This document shows, in pieces, positions 29,308 through 39,367 of a stretch of 64,000 nucleotides of DNA. Position 1 is the first letter of the stretch. Every line of letters begins with the position of its first letter. The translations under genes and the position numbers were made by a program. Under the pieces are notes generated by a model. The model made no database searches, was not told where the DNA came from, and was given only the letters and a program-made list of their open reading frames with translations. Origin of the DNA: a virus; the IMG/VR virus record IMGVR_UViG_3300027863_000020, positions 64,001 to 128,000 of that record. One strand, 5' to 3'.

Positions 29308-29897
29308 ATCGCATCCACCTCTGTTCGAGCACCTTCCCATTCGCTAGGATGTGCTTTGTCATCGCTCGATTGACCATCATTGACACCGATGTAGTCGAAC
29401 TCCAAATCTTGTGCGGTCAATGAAATGGTGAAGTCGAGTTCTTCGGAAGTACCCGATACCATCGTCAAGGAAGAGATTGAAGTAAGACATACATCCAACA
29501 ATCGGATTCGGAGTCGTTCCCGCTTCTGCGTATCAAGCAACCAAGCGGTGCAATGCGTGATGAAGTTCATGTACGGAGCGGGAACACCGTTCCGATTCTC
29601 CACGCTTCCACGCCTTAATTGATACCACCATTTCATAAACCACCAATAGTTCTCGAATCCTTCGGAGACCTTCATGGTGATCGTGAATGGAAACAATCCC
29701 TGATTTCGGTTGGGATTCATGTTCATCATTTCTCTTCCCGCAAAGAACGAACTGATATTGTCCACGGTCATATCGGGAAGAGTGAAGGTTGTGATGTACT
29801 GATCGAACAATCGAAGATCGACCTTCTCACCTTCTGCACTAGGCATATCACCAATGGCAAAACGCCATTTGTCCGCTTTGGCTACATTCGGTATCAT
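29304..29897 (-). CDS. tail tube-fold protein (T4 gp19/gp54/gp3-like)
   Basis: FTLPDMTV..FTITMKVSEGFENYWWFMKW..CLTSISSL pattern; position after hub. Confidence 0.65.
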   Translation of the reverse strand: MIPNVAKADKWRFAIGDMPSAEGEKVDLRLFDQYITTFTLPDMTVDNISSFFAGREMMNMNPNRNQGLFPFTITMKVSEGFENYWWFMKWWYQLRRGSVENRNGVPAPYMNFITHCTAWLLDTQKRERLRIRLLDVCLTSISSLTMVSGTSEELDFTISLTAQDLEFDYIGVNDGQSSDDKAHPSEWEGARTEVDAI

Positions 29898-29898
29898 A

Positions 29899-31098
29899 TC
29901 ACTCCTTGAACATTGAAATGTCGGATTCTTCCATAGCCAGTCCACGCTCCATTCCACCACGCATGAGCACCAAATACATGAGGTGCCCAATAGGATGTTC
30001 GTGGTGATGGACTATTCCACCGATGATGTAGTTTCCACCATAGATTCCATCCATAGCAGACTTTTCGCCACGGTTCATAAACTCAAATTCGAGCTTGACC
30101 AGTTTCCCCAATTGATAGTCCTTGTGTGGTTTCACGCACACGATGGCACTTGCGGATGCGAAGTCGAGTTTCTTCTTCTCATTGAAGACTTCGCTTGCCA
30201 TGATATTGTCATGTCCGCTAGGGGTCTTTTCGGTCTCGATAATCTTGTTCGATTGACCATTCAATTCTTTACGCATTTGATGGAATTCGGCAAGAGTTCC
30301 AACGATCTGCGAATTGACGATGGTTTCGTATTTTCCCCAATCATAAGAGAAATCGGTTATCCCATATCCACCTGTCATATTGTGGAGGGATGTGATTGAT
30401 TTGTAGGTGAATCCAACGAAGGGGTAGAACTTGTTTTCTGGTTTCAGATCATTCGGCTCGATGTCTTCGGCATAGGCTTCTGGAAAATGACGGAGGATCA
30501 TCGGAGCGTCTGCTTCGATTGTCTTCAGGCTAGTAACCACCAATTTGCTATCCCGATTGGTGAACGCAAGCATCAAGTCATCATCCGCAACATGGGAGTG
30601 TCTGGATAAGTGCTTCAGGAAATCAAGTGTCGTTCCTGATTGGAGCCAAGTCATCGAATCGTTGGAATTGACGGAAATCTTCGGCTTGAACGACAACTCA
30701 CCCGCCAACTGTTCAAAGACCTTGGAGCTTGTTTTGTTCGGAAATGAACGGAACCTATGTGGGTGATTGAGATTGGTACAGGCAAGGATACCAACCAATT
30801 GATGATCGGTTGCTTCTTGCTGTTTGTCCGTGATGTGTGCCTTCAATTTGAAGTATGCTTTCACGGGAAGTTCACGGACTTCGGGAGGGCGACCACCTAG
30901 CTCAATTTCAATGATGTCATCTTCTTGAAGATTGATACCACCAAAGAATTCTTCGGTCGATCTGAAATTGATGGAAATGGTAGGGATGAAATCGAACACC
31001 CATTCACGGATGGTTATGTCCCTGATATTGACATACAGGATAGGAATACCCGCAATGGATAATCTGCAATGGGGCAATCTGGTATCAAATTCACTCAT
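29899..31098 (-). CDS. baseplate hub protein (gp27/GpD-like)
   Basis: 399 aa; MTWLQ..DFLK and GNYIIGGIVH motifs; follows gp53-like gene. Confidence 0.65.
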   Translation of the reverse strand: MSEFDTRLPHCRLSIAGIPILYVNIRDITIREWVFDFIPTISINFRSTEEFFGGINLQEDDIIEIELGGRPPEVRELPVKAYFKLKAHITDKQQEATDHQLVGILACTNLNHPHRFRSFPNKTSSKVFEQLAGELSFKPKISVNSNDSMTWLQSGTTLDFLKHLSRHSHVADDDLMLAFTNRDSKLVVTSLKTIEADAPMILRHFPEAYAEDIEPNDLKPENKFYPFVGFTYKSITSLHNMTGGYGITDFSYDWGKYETIVNSQIVGTLAEFHQMRKELNGQSNKIIETEKTPSGHDNIMASEVFNEKKKLDFASASAIVCVKPHKDYQLGKLVKLEFEFMNRGEKSAMDGIYGGNYIIGGIVHHHEHPIGHLMYLVLMRGGMERGLAMEESDISMFKE

Positions 31099-31415
31099 AC
31101 ATCAAGTCCTTTTCTGCGAATCGCCTTGACATACCACCGTTCCATTTCGTTCTTCGGAGGGCATTTCAAGATGATTCCCGCTTTCAAATCATTCCAGACA
31201 TCGGAGATGGAATTGAACTTCATCAATATCCACCAGAAGCGATCATCCCCATACAGGGCATATGCGATAAGGTCGGGTCTTCCAACCTGTACCGATGTGA
31301 CGGTATGCGGGGTTGTCTTTCCCTTGTACACGAAATCTTCAAAGCCAGTCTGTAATAGGTCGAGTTCTCCACGCCCATTGACTGCTTCGGTTTTGATTAC
31401 TTTGGAACGCAACAT
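31095..31415 (-). CDS. baseplate wedge LysM protein (T4 gp53-like)
   Basis: GRPDLIAYALYGDDRFWWILMKFNSI..L..G..LKCP. Confidence 0.88.
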   Translation of the reverse strand: MLRSKVIKTEAVNGRGELDLLQTGFEDFVYKGKTTPHTVTSVQVGRPDLIAYALYGDDRFWWILMKFNSISDVWNDLKAGIILKCPPKNEMERWYVKAIRRKGLDV

Positions 31416-32272
31416 TATTCTTCCCCTTCAACGATTGTCACTCTCGATCCCCCGACTGGATACGACTCATAGGTGACGGGTTCGACTGTCTCGAAGGTGA
31501 TTGTGAATGTGGCATACATAGGACCGGCTGTTGTCATTTCTTTCGAGAATGTCGCACCGAACGACTGGATAAAGACCTTCATTGACGCAACGGGGGATGC
31601 TCCCTGTGTTTGGGCATACCGACCGATTCGGATATGGATTGGATCGGGAGCCTTGACCGCATTTCGAGCCAATGCACCCTGCATGGCCTCATCGTCAATC
31701 AGACCACCCGCACCCGCCACGGAAGCAATAGCTGTACCCGCAACCGCCATAACCGCATTCTTCAGGCTGTCCTTGAGGGAACCACCACTGGAAAGACTAG
31801 CCAACCCTGCCGCAAGCCCCGAATTCAGCATTTCCGAATCGGACAATGCCTTGGGAAGAGCGATGGACTTGAGCATTTCCCAACGATCCCACACCACACC
31901 AGTACCATCCCAATCCACGATGGTCACATTGGCATTCCAATTGAAGTAGCTTGCTTTGTCAAAGACCTTCTTTGCGGACAATCCGAACCCTTTGCCAGAA
32001 CGGACTCCACCGATGGCAAACGCATCCGCTGTCTTGGCAAGCCGTGGGGAACCGCCATCGGAACCTTCGGCCTTTCCACCGACCGCCATAGACCCTAGAA
32101 GGTCTCCCATCATGGCATCCGACCATTCCACGGAGATTTCGGGGGCGAAATCGTCATTGAGGGTTCCGAAGAACACGCCTTCGATGTATAGACCATAGAG
32201 GTCTTCGGCAAGCGCAATCGCCTGTTCCCTACTGGTAGGGGTAGTGATTTTCGGTACTTTCTTATTAGACAT
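31415..32272 (-). CDS. baseplate/tail tube initiator (gp48-like)
   Basis: Between tape measure and gp53; APDPIHIRIG..FIQSF..FSKE..GP..ATFTITFET. Confidence 0.6.
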   Translation of the reverse strand: MSNKKVPKITTPTSREQAIALAEDLYGLYIEGVFFGTLNDDFAPEISVEWSDAMMGDLLGSMAVGGKAEGSDGGSPRLAKTADAFAIGGVRSGKGFGLSAKKVFDKASYFNWNANVTIVDWDGTGVVWDRWEMLKSIALPKALSDSEMLNSGLAAGLASLSSGGSLKDSLKNAVMAVAGTAIASVAGAGGLIDDEAMQGALARNAVKAPDPIHIRIGRYAQTQGASPVASMKVFIQSFGATFSKEMTTAGPMYATFTITFETVEPVTYESYPVGGSRVTIVEGEE

Positions 32273-32287
32273 GGGACACCTCAAAGG

Positions 32288-32293
32288 TATTTA
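32288..32293 (-). promoter_or_regulatory. T4-like late promoter core TAAATA
   Basis: CATAAATA upstream of baseplate operon, just past terminator. Confidence 0.65.
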
Positions 32294-32309
32294 TGATGTC
32301 CCGTAAACG

Positions 32310-32343
32310 AAAAAAGACCTACACGGGAGGGCGTGTAGGTCTT
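32310..32343 (-). terminator. intrinsic terminator after tape measure gene
   Basis: AGACCTACACG/CGTGTAGGTCT stem with T6 on minus strand. Confidence 0.85.
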
Positions 32344-32405
32344 CACATGAGGCGCAATGAGTGAATGGGAAGAATATACTTCCCAGATTTATGATTGTCA
32401 ATACC

Positions 32406-34706
32406 CTATTTGTACATCTTTGGAATTGACGGTTTCATAGGATTCGACTGTTTACCCACCTGTGGTTGCTGTCTGGATTGGGAAGAGGATGAACTGCCAC
32501 CGCTCTTCCCTATCTTGTCGGCAATCGCATTGGCGAGGGCGGGAATGAACGATCCCATGAGGAACTTTTCGAGTTCGTCCAATGATTCGGACGGAGCGGA
32601 CGCATTGGAGGCTCCCCGAACCTGTTTTCCAGTCGTTGAACCCGTCCCACCATACGCACCAGACCCCGCACCAGTATGGCTTTGTGCGCCCATTGGAGGG
32701 GCTTGGTAGCTTCCAGTGGAACCAGACCCCGCACCAGTACCAACCTTGGGTACGGGGGCTTTGGAGGGGGTAGGAATGGCATTTGCCGTGGATTGGGCAA
32801 TCGCATCCTGATTCTGCTTCGCCTTCCTATCCACTTCGGCATTCTGCTTGTTGGTTGCCTTGGCGGTCTCTTGGGCGGGTTTGGTGACATCGACCTTACT
32901 TTCCCCCAATTGAGGAATCTTCTCGATGTATTCCTTCTTGTACTTGATACGGGCGGTCATCGCCTGTTTCCACATGGCTTGTGCCTGATCCTTCTGATCC
33001 TGTGGAATCTTGTCGGCATCCCTGTGTTGGGAAAGGATGGTGTGTGTAGCACCCCATTCCGTTTCTTGCATGAAAAGCTGATAGTAGCGATTGACGAACG
33101 CCATCATTGACGGAGATTTCATTTCCTTCAATCGGTCGGGGGGTACACCATTCCACGCAATCCCCTTGAAGTCCTTGAAATCCTTGTCGGCTTTGTCCAG
33201 TGCCTTCTTCTTTTCGGTCTCCAATGCCCGTTCCAAGTTGCGGGTTCCTTCCCCGAACCAATTGGAAAACAGGTCTCCGATGGTATATTGGGAGGCTAGG
33301 TTCTCTCCAAGAAGCCCACTTTCGACCAGTGCTGTCCCTGCTATCATTCCTACAACCGCACTGCCTACGACCGCACCCGCTGTTCCAGTAGCCGCACTAG
33401 CAACCGCCCGTCCCGCTGTGAGCGCACCACGGGCAACCGTCCCGCCAATCTTGGAACCGACATTGGCGACTGCCCGTGCTCCACGGGAAAGAGCACCACC
33501 AGAGGCTTTAGGGACTTTGGAAGGTTTCGGCATCTTGGGCTTGGCCTTCGAGACCTTGCCCCGTCCTTTGCCCTTTCCCTTGCCCTTACGACCCTTCTTC
33601 TTGTTCTTCTTGTCATCACCGTCAAAGTCGAATCCAGAGTCTTCAGACCCGCCAAAACGGGATTCAAAGGACTTCTCAAGCCTATCCGCTAATTTATTGA
33701 GATCGGACTTGGCGACATCCCGCTTGATGCGCTTCGCTTCCCTAGCTTCGGTCTTCTTTTCCGCTTCCTGATCGGCCTTGGCTTCTTCTGCTTGAGCGTC
33801 AATCTGCTTTCTGGATTTGGCCTTGGCTATGGCTTCGGTCTTCTTTTCCTTGGCCTTTTCGCTCTTCTCTTGGTTCTTTTCCCGCCTTTGTGCCGATTTT
33901 TCCGTCACATCGGAGAGTTTCTTCGACCTTTTCTCTGCCTTTTCATCGGACTTCTTCGCTCTTGAATCGGCTTTCTCATCGGACTTCTTCGCAATTTCCT
34001 CTGCTTTCTTGTCCGATTTCTTCGCCCTCTCATCCGCTTTCTTTTCGGACTTCGCTACTTCCGTGGGATCGGGCTTGACATACGATGGTTTGGCCTTCGT
34101 TGGTTTAGCTCTCTCACCCGCAATTTCATCGAATGCAGTACGGACATTCCCGATTGAGTCGAGAATACCTTTCTTGAACTTGTCGAATCCGTCATTCTTG
34201 GAGAAATAGCCAGTGGCCTTCTCCCTGTCGGCAACCAGTTTCTTTTGGGCTTCGGTGTTTGCTTCGAGCACCGCCTTCAATTTGGCGATAGCGTCCTTGT
34301 CGCCATCCTCTGTCGCCTTCTTGAGCATTTCAGTAGCCTTCTTGTGGTCGGCTTTCATCTTGGCTTGCTCTTTCTCAAATTGACGGGTAGCGGATGCGGA
34401 CTTGGCTCTCCATGACTTCAGTGCCATCTCGGAGTCACCGATTATTTTCATTGCAGTGGCGACACCACGGACAACCTTGGCGACCTTGCCCGTGTCTTCA
34501 CCAGACATCTTCTTGGAGGCGACATCTAGTGCCTTCTTGGACACCCTCTCACCCTTCTCCAATGTCTTGGAAATCTTCTTATTGACGGACAATAGGGCTT
34601 CCATAGCCTTTCGGCTCTTGGTCACTTCCACGCTGTCCTGAATCTCCCGATTCTGTCGCTCTCTTCGAGATACAGGGGTTTCGTCTTGAGGTATTGGTTT
34701 AGCCAT
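32406..34706 (-). CDS. tape measure protein (putative)
   Basis: 766 aa; K/E/A helical repeats, G/A-rich hydrophobic segment; upstream of baseplate genes; TAAATA at 34712-34717. Confidence 0.7.
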   Translation of the reverse strand: MAKPIPQDETPVSRRERQNREIQDSVEVTKSRKAMEALLSVNKKISKTLEKGERVSKKALDVASKKMSGEDTGKVAKVVRGVATAMKIIGDSEMALKSWRAKSASATRQFEKEQAKMKADHKKATEMLKKATEDGDKDAIAKLKAVLEANTEAQKKLVADREKATGYFSKNDGFDKFKKGILDSIGNVRTAFDEIAGERAKPTKAKPSYVKPDPTEVAKSEKKADERAKKSDKKAEEIAKKSDEKADSRAKKSDEKAEKRSKKLSDVTEKSAQRREKNQEKSEKAKEKKTEAIAKAKSRKQIDAQAEEAKADQEAEKKTEAREAKRIKRDVAKSDLNKLADRLEKSFESRFGGSEDSGFDFDGDDKKNKKKGRKGKGKGKGRGKVSKAKPKMPKPSKVPKASGGALSRGARAVANVGSKIGGTVARGALTAGRAVASAATGTAGAVVGSAVVGMIAGTALVESGLLGENLASQYTIGDLFSNWFGEGTRNLERALETEKKKALDKADKDFKDFKGIAWNGVPPDRLKEMKSPSMMAFVNRYYQLFMQETEWGATHTILSQHRDADKIPQDQKDQAQAMWKQAMTARIKYKKEYIEKIPQLGESKVDVTKPAQETAKATNKQNAEVDRKAKQNQDAIAQSTANAIPTPSKAPVPKVGTGAGSGSTGSYQAPPMGAQSHTGAGSGAYGGTGSTTGKQVRGASNASAPSESLDELEKFLMGSFIPALANAIADKIGKSGGSSSSSQSRQQPQVGKQSNPMKPSIPKMYK
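33931..34053 (-). repeat. 33-bp (11-aa) degenerate tandem repeat
   Basis: KSEKKADERAK/KSDKKAEEIAK/KSDEKADSRAK/KSDEKAEKRSK. Confidence 0.75.
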
Positions 34707-34935
34707 ACTGGTATTTAGTTATCCACGAATCCCGCCCTTGTATGGACGGGAATGGGTCTTGAAGAAATTGACGATTCTTGACCAGATTGACGGTTTCATG
34801 TATGACGGTTCCCACGGATAGTTTTGAGCAATGTTCCATTGAGTAGCTTACGCATATCGCTTCGGAAATTGGCCTTCGCTCTATGACAAGACGAACTCAT
34901 GGGGATAGGAATGTGAATGTTCGTTGGCTTGTGTA

Positions 34936-35181
34936 TCACATGATGGGCGTGTCTCCCACCACAATCTCGAACACAATGGAGTTCGCCATCATGGAAACGA
35001 CCGTGGAAATCGCTTCACTGGTCGATGCACCCTTTCGACATTCTTCAACGAAATGCTTTACCATTTTGGTAAAGACTTTCTTTCCTTCTCGATTGACGGA
35101 TTCCATTCTTTTCTTGGAATACATACCGATTGGATCGACATTGATCTTCTTCGGGTCGATTGATCGAATGGTGTGATTCAT
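34936..35181 (-). CDS. hypothetical protein
   Basis: ATGA overlap. Confidence 0.55.
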   Translation of the reverse strand: MNHTIRSIDPKKINVDPIGMYSKKRMESVNREGKKVFTKMVKHFVEECRKGASTSEAISTVVSMMANSIVFEIVVGDTPIM

Positions 35182-35414
35182 TTTCTACCTCTGATTGAAC
35201 GAATTGCGAAATAGATGGATGCGCCCAATGCAGTGAGCCATCCGCAAAGGACGAAGAAGAACAGAACCAAGTGCTCGAACTCCAAAACAGAAATGACCAC
35301 GAATACCGATAGTATCATGGTCATCACCCACATGGGAATGGGTCTATTGTTTTCTCGATTGAGCCGAATCATCCGATTGATTCTAGCCACCTCTTCTTGA
35401 CTTACCATATCCAT
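35178..35414 (-). CDS. small membrane protein (2 TM)
   Basis: AGGAG RBS after class-1 promoter; two hydrophobic helices. Confidence 0.65.
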   Translation of the reverse strand: MDMVSQEEVARINRMIRLNRENNRPIPMWVMTMILSVFVVISVLEFEHLVLFFFVLCGWLTALGASIYFAIRSIRGRK

Positions 35415-35436
35415 AGTTATCTCCTTTTATATCAAG

Positions 35437-35465
35437 AATATAAACTATGTATCTTGTATAGTCAA
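35437..35465 (-). promoter_or_regulatory. class-1 (early) promoter
   Basis: TTGACT-atacaagatacatagtt-TATATT. Confidence 0.85.
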
Positions 35466-35641
35466 GGGGTATGAATCAGATTTTTTGATTCCTTTTTGTC
35501 CTGTTCGGGGATGAGAACGAAATGGAGGCGATAATCGACAACCAACATGGCAACGATTAAGAATACCAAGAACCCCATAATGAGTATTTCGACAACCGAA
35601 ACCTTCATATCACGGAATCCGTCTTTAGACCGTCTAGCCAT
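35462..35641 (-). CDS. small membrane protein (1 TM)
   Basis: GGAG RBS; hydrophobic helix. Confidence 0.55.
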   Translation of the reverse strand: MARRSKDGFRDMKVSVVEILIMGFLVFLIVAMLVVDYRLHFVLIPEQDKKESKNLIHTP

Positions 35642-36065
35642 TTGAACAGTTCTCCTTGATGTAATTGACAAGAGAATCGTCAATCACTGGTTCTTTTACC
35701 GAAGTAGCATTGAACATATAACCAAGCGATTCCCGTGCTTTGTAAAGCACATCTATATGATGTCCCTTGAGAATTTCCAACGCATCCTTGATGTCTTTTG
35801 GGTAGCATAGGATTTCGGAGGTTATGTTGTCGAATCTGGTTGCCGTCTGCGTCACAACCATCACTTTGGATAATTCCTTGTGATGCGTCCTTGGGAGCAA
35901 CTGAAACCCGCCCGATTGAGCGACCGCCCACAACTGCTTGATGTCGATGTTCCATCCATTGACTAGGCTATTGGCGGTCAATCGAATGAGTCGAGTCCGC
36001 TTGACACGATCACCACGGGTAGATGGTAAACGAAACACATTCGTATTATCGGCTGTATTCAACAT
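35634..36065 (-). CDS. hypothetical protein
   Basis: GAGG RBS. Confidence 0.6.
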   Translation of the reverse strand: MLNTADNTNVFRLPSTRGDRVKRTRLIRLTANSLVNGWNIDIKQLWAVAQSGGFQLLPRTHHKELSKVMVVTQTATRFDNITSEILCYPKDIKDALEILKGHHIDVLYKARESLGYMFNATSVKEPVIDDSLVNYIKENCSNG

Positions 36066-36301
36066 GGCTTCCTCTTCACAGAAAAGCGAACGATTCCAGT
36101 GAATACCCCAAGTGCTACTTTGAACAGTAGCTTGAAGATTCTCCACCGACCGACCAGACGGATTCGGATGTCCACCTTTTCACAGAATGGTGCAGATGCT
36201 CCCTTATGCGGAGTAGATTCTACGGTCTTCACCGTATGCTCCATATCATTGAGCATATCCCGCATTGACTGAAAGATTGATTCGGAATTGGTGTCCATCA
36301 A
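36059..36301 (-). CDS. hypothetical protein
   Basis: Packed ORF. Confidence 0.5.
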   Translation of the reverse strand: MMDTNSESIFQSMRDMLNDMEHTVKTVESTPHKGASAPFCEKVDIRIRLVGRWRIFKLLFKVALGVFTGIVRFSVKRKPC

Positions 36302-36507
36302 TAATCCCCGTCCAATACAACGATTGAGTGCGGGTTGCTTTGATCGACCTCAATCATGTCAATCTCTTGGGCATCACCATCCAGTCCAAGCGATACAAGA
36401 TTCTGATTCAGAATCTCGGATGCGGTCTTTCGATCTTCTGCAACTACGATTGCACAAGTGCCGATTGGATAATGTCCAGTGAATTCGGAATTGTAAAATA
36501 CCTTCAT
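36298..36507 (-). CDS. conserved small phage protein
   Basis: F.GHYPIGT.AIVVA..VLDGDY. Confidence 0.6.
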   Translation of the reverse strand: MKVFYNSEFTGHYPIGTCAIVVAEDRKTASEILNQNLVSLGLDGDAQEIDMIEVDQSNPHSIVVLDGDY

Positions 36508-36995
36508 TCTGGATTCCCCGCTGATTTTTCATCAACCCGTCTCGAATCTGCTTCCGAATTGAACCGTTCGATCAATTGATCCATCGGGTGTGTAGAAGCA
36601 AGCTCTTCGTCAATCGCTTCGTCAATCGTGGCAAGTTCCCGTGCGAACTTCATTTGAAGTTCGTAACGGATTGCCCGAAGAGCGTCAATCCGCTTCGAGA
36701 ACAGGGTTCGGCTTCCTTGGCTCATGGAAATACTGGTTTTACTTTTCACCAAGTCATTGAGGCACTTCACAAAGTCTTTGTCCCGACTGATCCAAGTAGC
36801 GGTGTGTGCATGGGGTGTGGTGAGTCCGATACGAACTTCCGAATTGTGGTAGTTCGGTTCGTAGCCAACCCGCATTTCACACGGCTCCCCATACTTGGGA
36901 GGAAGGACATCGGGTAGCGCATTCAGTTCCATGCGAAGGGCTGTACGAATCCGCAAGTCCTTCACCATTTGCTTCTCTGCTTTGTTCATTGCCAT
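36504..36995 (-). CDS. hypothetical phage protein
   Basis: Packed ORF. Confidence 0.65.
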   Translation of the reverse strand: MAMNKAEKQMVKDLRIRTALRMELNALPDVLPPKYGEPCEMRVGYEPNYHNSEVRIGLTTPHAHTATWISRDKDFVKCLNDLVKSKTSISMSQGSRTLFSKRIDALRAIRYELQMKFARELATIDEAIDEELASTHPMDQLIERFNSEADSRRVDEKSAGNPE

Positions 36996-36996
36996 A

Positions 36997-37260
36997 TTAC
37001 TTCTCGCTCACGAATGCGTATCCACCACGCTTTCCATTGAACCGCTTGGGGTCTGCCTTGGTGGTACGCCCTGCGTGTTCAATGATGACCTTTCCAGTGA
37101 TAGGGTCTTTCCCGATCACTTTTACCTTGCGCTCGAACCGTGGGTCAGCTTCCTTCCAGACGGAACCGATGGTGGGATGATGGGGGTACTTTTCAGCTTT
37201 GGCTCTCATAACCATTTCCTTTGAATGTGATGCTTCTTTTGAAACTTGTTTCTTGCTCAT
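36997..37260 (-). CDS. small basic hypothetical protein
   Basis: GAGG RBS. Confidence 0.6.
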   Translation of the reverse strand: MSKKQVSKEASHSKEMVMRAKAEKYPHHPTIGSVWKEADPRFERKVKVIGKDPITGKVIIEHAGRTTKADPKRFNGKRGGYAFVSEK

Positions 37261-37275
37261 TGTTGGCCTCGTTCC

Positions 37276-37518
37276 TTACATACTGTTCACTTTATCTCGC
37301 AGTGCGATTACTTCATCCCGACTCATTCTCACATATTTCCCATCCACAAGGGTTTGGGTAATTGTGCGACACACATCACCCCTATGCGAATAGTCCGATA
37401 GCGTTCCACATTCATACATTGTCGGGTGATGAACTGGATTTTTTCTTACGGGAGAAGCACAAAATTTACAATCGACATCATATTCATCCATTGTTGGCCT
37501 CAACTTCTGTCTGGACAC
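37276..37518 (-). CDS. small Cys-rich protein
   Basis: CKFCASP..YECGT..C. Confidence 0.55.
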   Translation of the reverse strand: MSRQKLRPTMDEYDVDCKFCASPVRKNPVHHPTMYECGTLSDYSHRGDVCRTITQTLVDGKYVRMSRDEVIALRDKVNSM

Positions 37519-38167
37519 GCTTCACCATCTCGCAGAATGCGCTATGGACTACACGGACATAGTACACCACAGACCGTTGGACAATGATGTCATCGGAAGA
37601 GCATTTTCTTGGAAGATTGCCGAAGGCATATTGTATATACTCTTCTTCGCCATCTTCCGCAACCTTGAGACATTCCAGATAATAGCGATACAGTTCTTCA
37701 TCACGGTCGGGGAGTTCCGCAATGACTTCATCGGCTACATTGGAGTAGTCGAATAGCTCAATCGGAACAAGGTCATCCGCTCCATCACACACTGTCGGAA
37801 TCTGCCCGTTCTCTTCCAAGATACGGTACAGGGTTTCAATGATTTCCTGTTTGGTCGATTCGACACAAAACTCATGGGTCTTGTGCTCTCCACCCAAGCG
37901 AAGTTTCTCACAGAAGTATTGGAGACAAATGCTGTCATCCGTCCTTGGGTCGAAATAACGGGAGGCGATCCAGTTTCCATAATCACCAGAAATCAGGCAT
38001 AGCCCGTCAATGTTGCGGAAATGGACGGAGTGCATACGCTGTCCATTGACTGCCAATGACCACTTATTACCAAGTTTGGGGTCATCATTGACAATGAAAG
38101 TGAGTTGGTGGTTAGCCCACGATTTGCCATATTTTTCAAATTCTTTTTCAGTCATAGCGATTACCAT
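37484..38167 (-). CDS. conserved hypothetical phage protein
   Basis: ISGDYGNWI..YFCEKL motif. Confidence 0.65.
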   Translation of the reverse strand: MVIAMTEKEFEKYGKSWANHQLTFIVNDDPKLGNKWSLAVNGQRMHSVHFRNIDGLCLISGDYGNWIASRYFDPRTDDSICLQYFCEKLRLGGEHKTHEFCVESTKQEIIETLYRILEENGQIPTVCDGADDLVPIELFDYSNVADEVIAELPDRDEELYRYYLECLKVAEDGEEEYIQYAFGNLPRKCSSDDIIVQRSVVYYVRVVHSAFCEMVKRVQTEVEANNG

Positions 38168-38658
38168 TGTGCGGTGGAGCGTAGCACCACTGGTTTATGA
38201 ATAGCCACATAGAGTTCGACTTCGGACACAACCATATCCCAAGTCTCATACCGTCCTACTCCATACTGGAAATGGACTCCCCCGAATTCACCCGCCCCAT
38301 TTGCGGTTCTGTCATCAATCAGGATATTCCCCTTGACCAGTTCCTTGTGGTGAGTGAGTGTCAATCGCTTGTACATATTGGGAAGGTACTGCTTGACCCA
38401 ATTCAGCTTATCGACCCAAGCCGAAGGATTTTCCCAAGGTGCGGTGGAGCAGATATAGACATCGCATTCTGGAATCGCATAAATCTGATTGACGGCCTCA
38501 ATCGCTCCATCAATCGGCTTCATCCTTGCGAAGATGCCTTCCACTTCATCATAGCGACCCGCATAGACCTTCTTCTGGTATTCGGCAAGGGAGTCGATGC
38601 CCGACTGGAAATCCACAATGGTATTGTCCAAGTCGATTTGAATGATAATCTTGTTCAC
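38161..38658 (-). CDS. 5'(3')-deoxyribonucleotidase (NT5C, HAD)
   Basis: IDLDNTIVDF, STAPWENPSAWVDKLNWV, HHKEL..ILIDDR. Confidence 0.92.
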   Translation of the reverse strand: MNKIIIQIDLDNTIVDFQSGIDSLAEYQKKVYAGRYDEVEGIFARMKPIDGAIEAVNQIYAIPECDVYICSTAPWENPSAWVDKLNWVKQYLPNMYKRLTLTHHKELVKGNILIDDRTANGAGEFGGVHFQYGVGRYETWDMVVSEVELYVAIHKPVVLRSTAQW

Positions 38659-38721
38659 TTTCAACCTCAATTGATCTTGTCCTTACACATACAATATATT
38701 CATTGTATCTTGTAAAGTCAA
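38659..38721 (-). promoter_or_regulatory. class-1 (early) promoter and conserved leader
   Basis: TTGACT-ttacaagatacaatgaa-TATATT then AGATCAATTGAGG. Confidence 0.8.
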
Positions 38722-38727
38722 GGTATT

Positions 38728-39123
38728 TTATCTCCAAAGTATGATTTCCCGTGGGTATTTCTCCCACCGTTCTTTCATCTTGGTCATCACCTCTTCGGGG
38801 ACATTGTGGACTGATCCGAAACTCGCATTGCAATGGATGACTTCCACGAAATGTCCCGTCAATCTCGCAAAGTCGATATAGGGTTCCATTTCGGCAATGC
38901 GGGTGAAGGTATTAGACACAACGACATCGTTCCCCTTTTCCATGACATCGAACGCCAACTTCTTACAGAGTTCGTGGGCTTGAGGAACCCGATCTGCATG
39001 GAAGTTGTAGTTTCCGTCCCAGATATGGAACATATCGGCTTCGACATGGAAGCATTCCTTGGTCTTCGCAAGAGTGGATTTTCCAGAACCGGGAAGTCCA
39101 CGGATGATTGTCAATTTAGGCAT
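38728..39123 (-). CDS. P-loop kinase (AAA_33-like)
   Basis: IIRGLPGSGKSTLAK, VVVSNTFT, SVHNVP. Confidence 0.9.
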   Translation of the reverse strand: MPKLTIIRGLPGSGKSTLAKTKECFHVEADMFHIWDGNYNFHADRVPQAHELCKKLAFDVMEKGNDVVVSNTFTRIAEMEPYIDFARLTGHFVEVIHCNASFGSVHNVPEEVMTKMKERWEKYPREIILWR

Positions 39124-39364
39124 GGGTTTCTCCTTTTAGTCGTTCTACAAGATTGATGATTTCGTTCTTTCTGGACTCATCCATCCAGACAATATCTTCC
39201 ATTCGATAACACCCACGATGTATCAATACCGCCAATTCCATAGGGGTGTGGATAATTGTTGATGGTGATAGATTTCCTTTGGTTTGCTTTTCTAGCATAC
39301 CTCGCAACCATCTCATATCGGATACCGTTTGCTTGGCTGTTTTGATTCCCCACACAATAGGCAT
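39116..39364 (-). CDS. hypothetical protein
   Basis: Packed ORF. Confidence 0.55.
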   Translation of the reverse strand: MPIVWGIKTAKQTVSDMRWLRGMLEKQTKGNLSPSTIIHTPMELAVLIHRGCYRMEDIVWMDESRKNEIINLVERLKGETHA

Positions 39365-39367
39365 GAT

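Noticed and set aside
34718-34935. Possible ncRNA in the gap before the tape measure gene
   Set aside because: Explained by two tiny coupled minus-strand ORFs; no convincing structure
35462-35641. Pilin-like N-terminus (GF..SVVEILIM)
   Set aside because: Spacing does not fit the G|FxxxE prepilin motif; treated as a generic TM peptide
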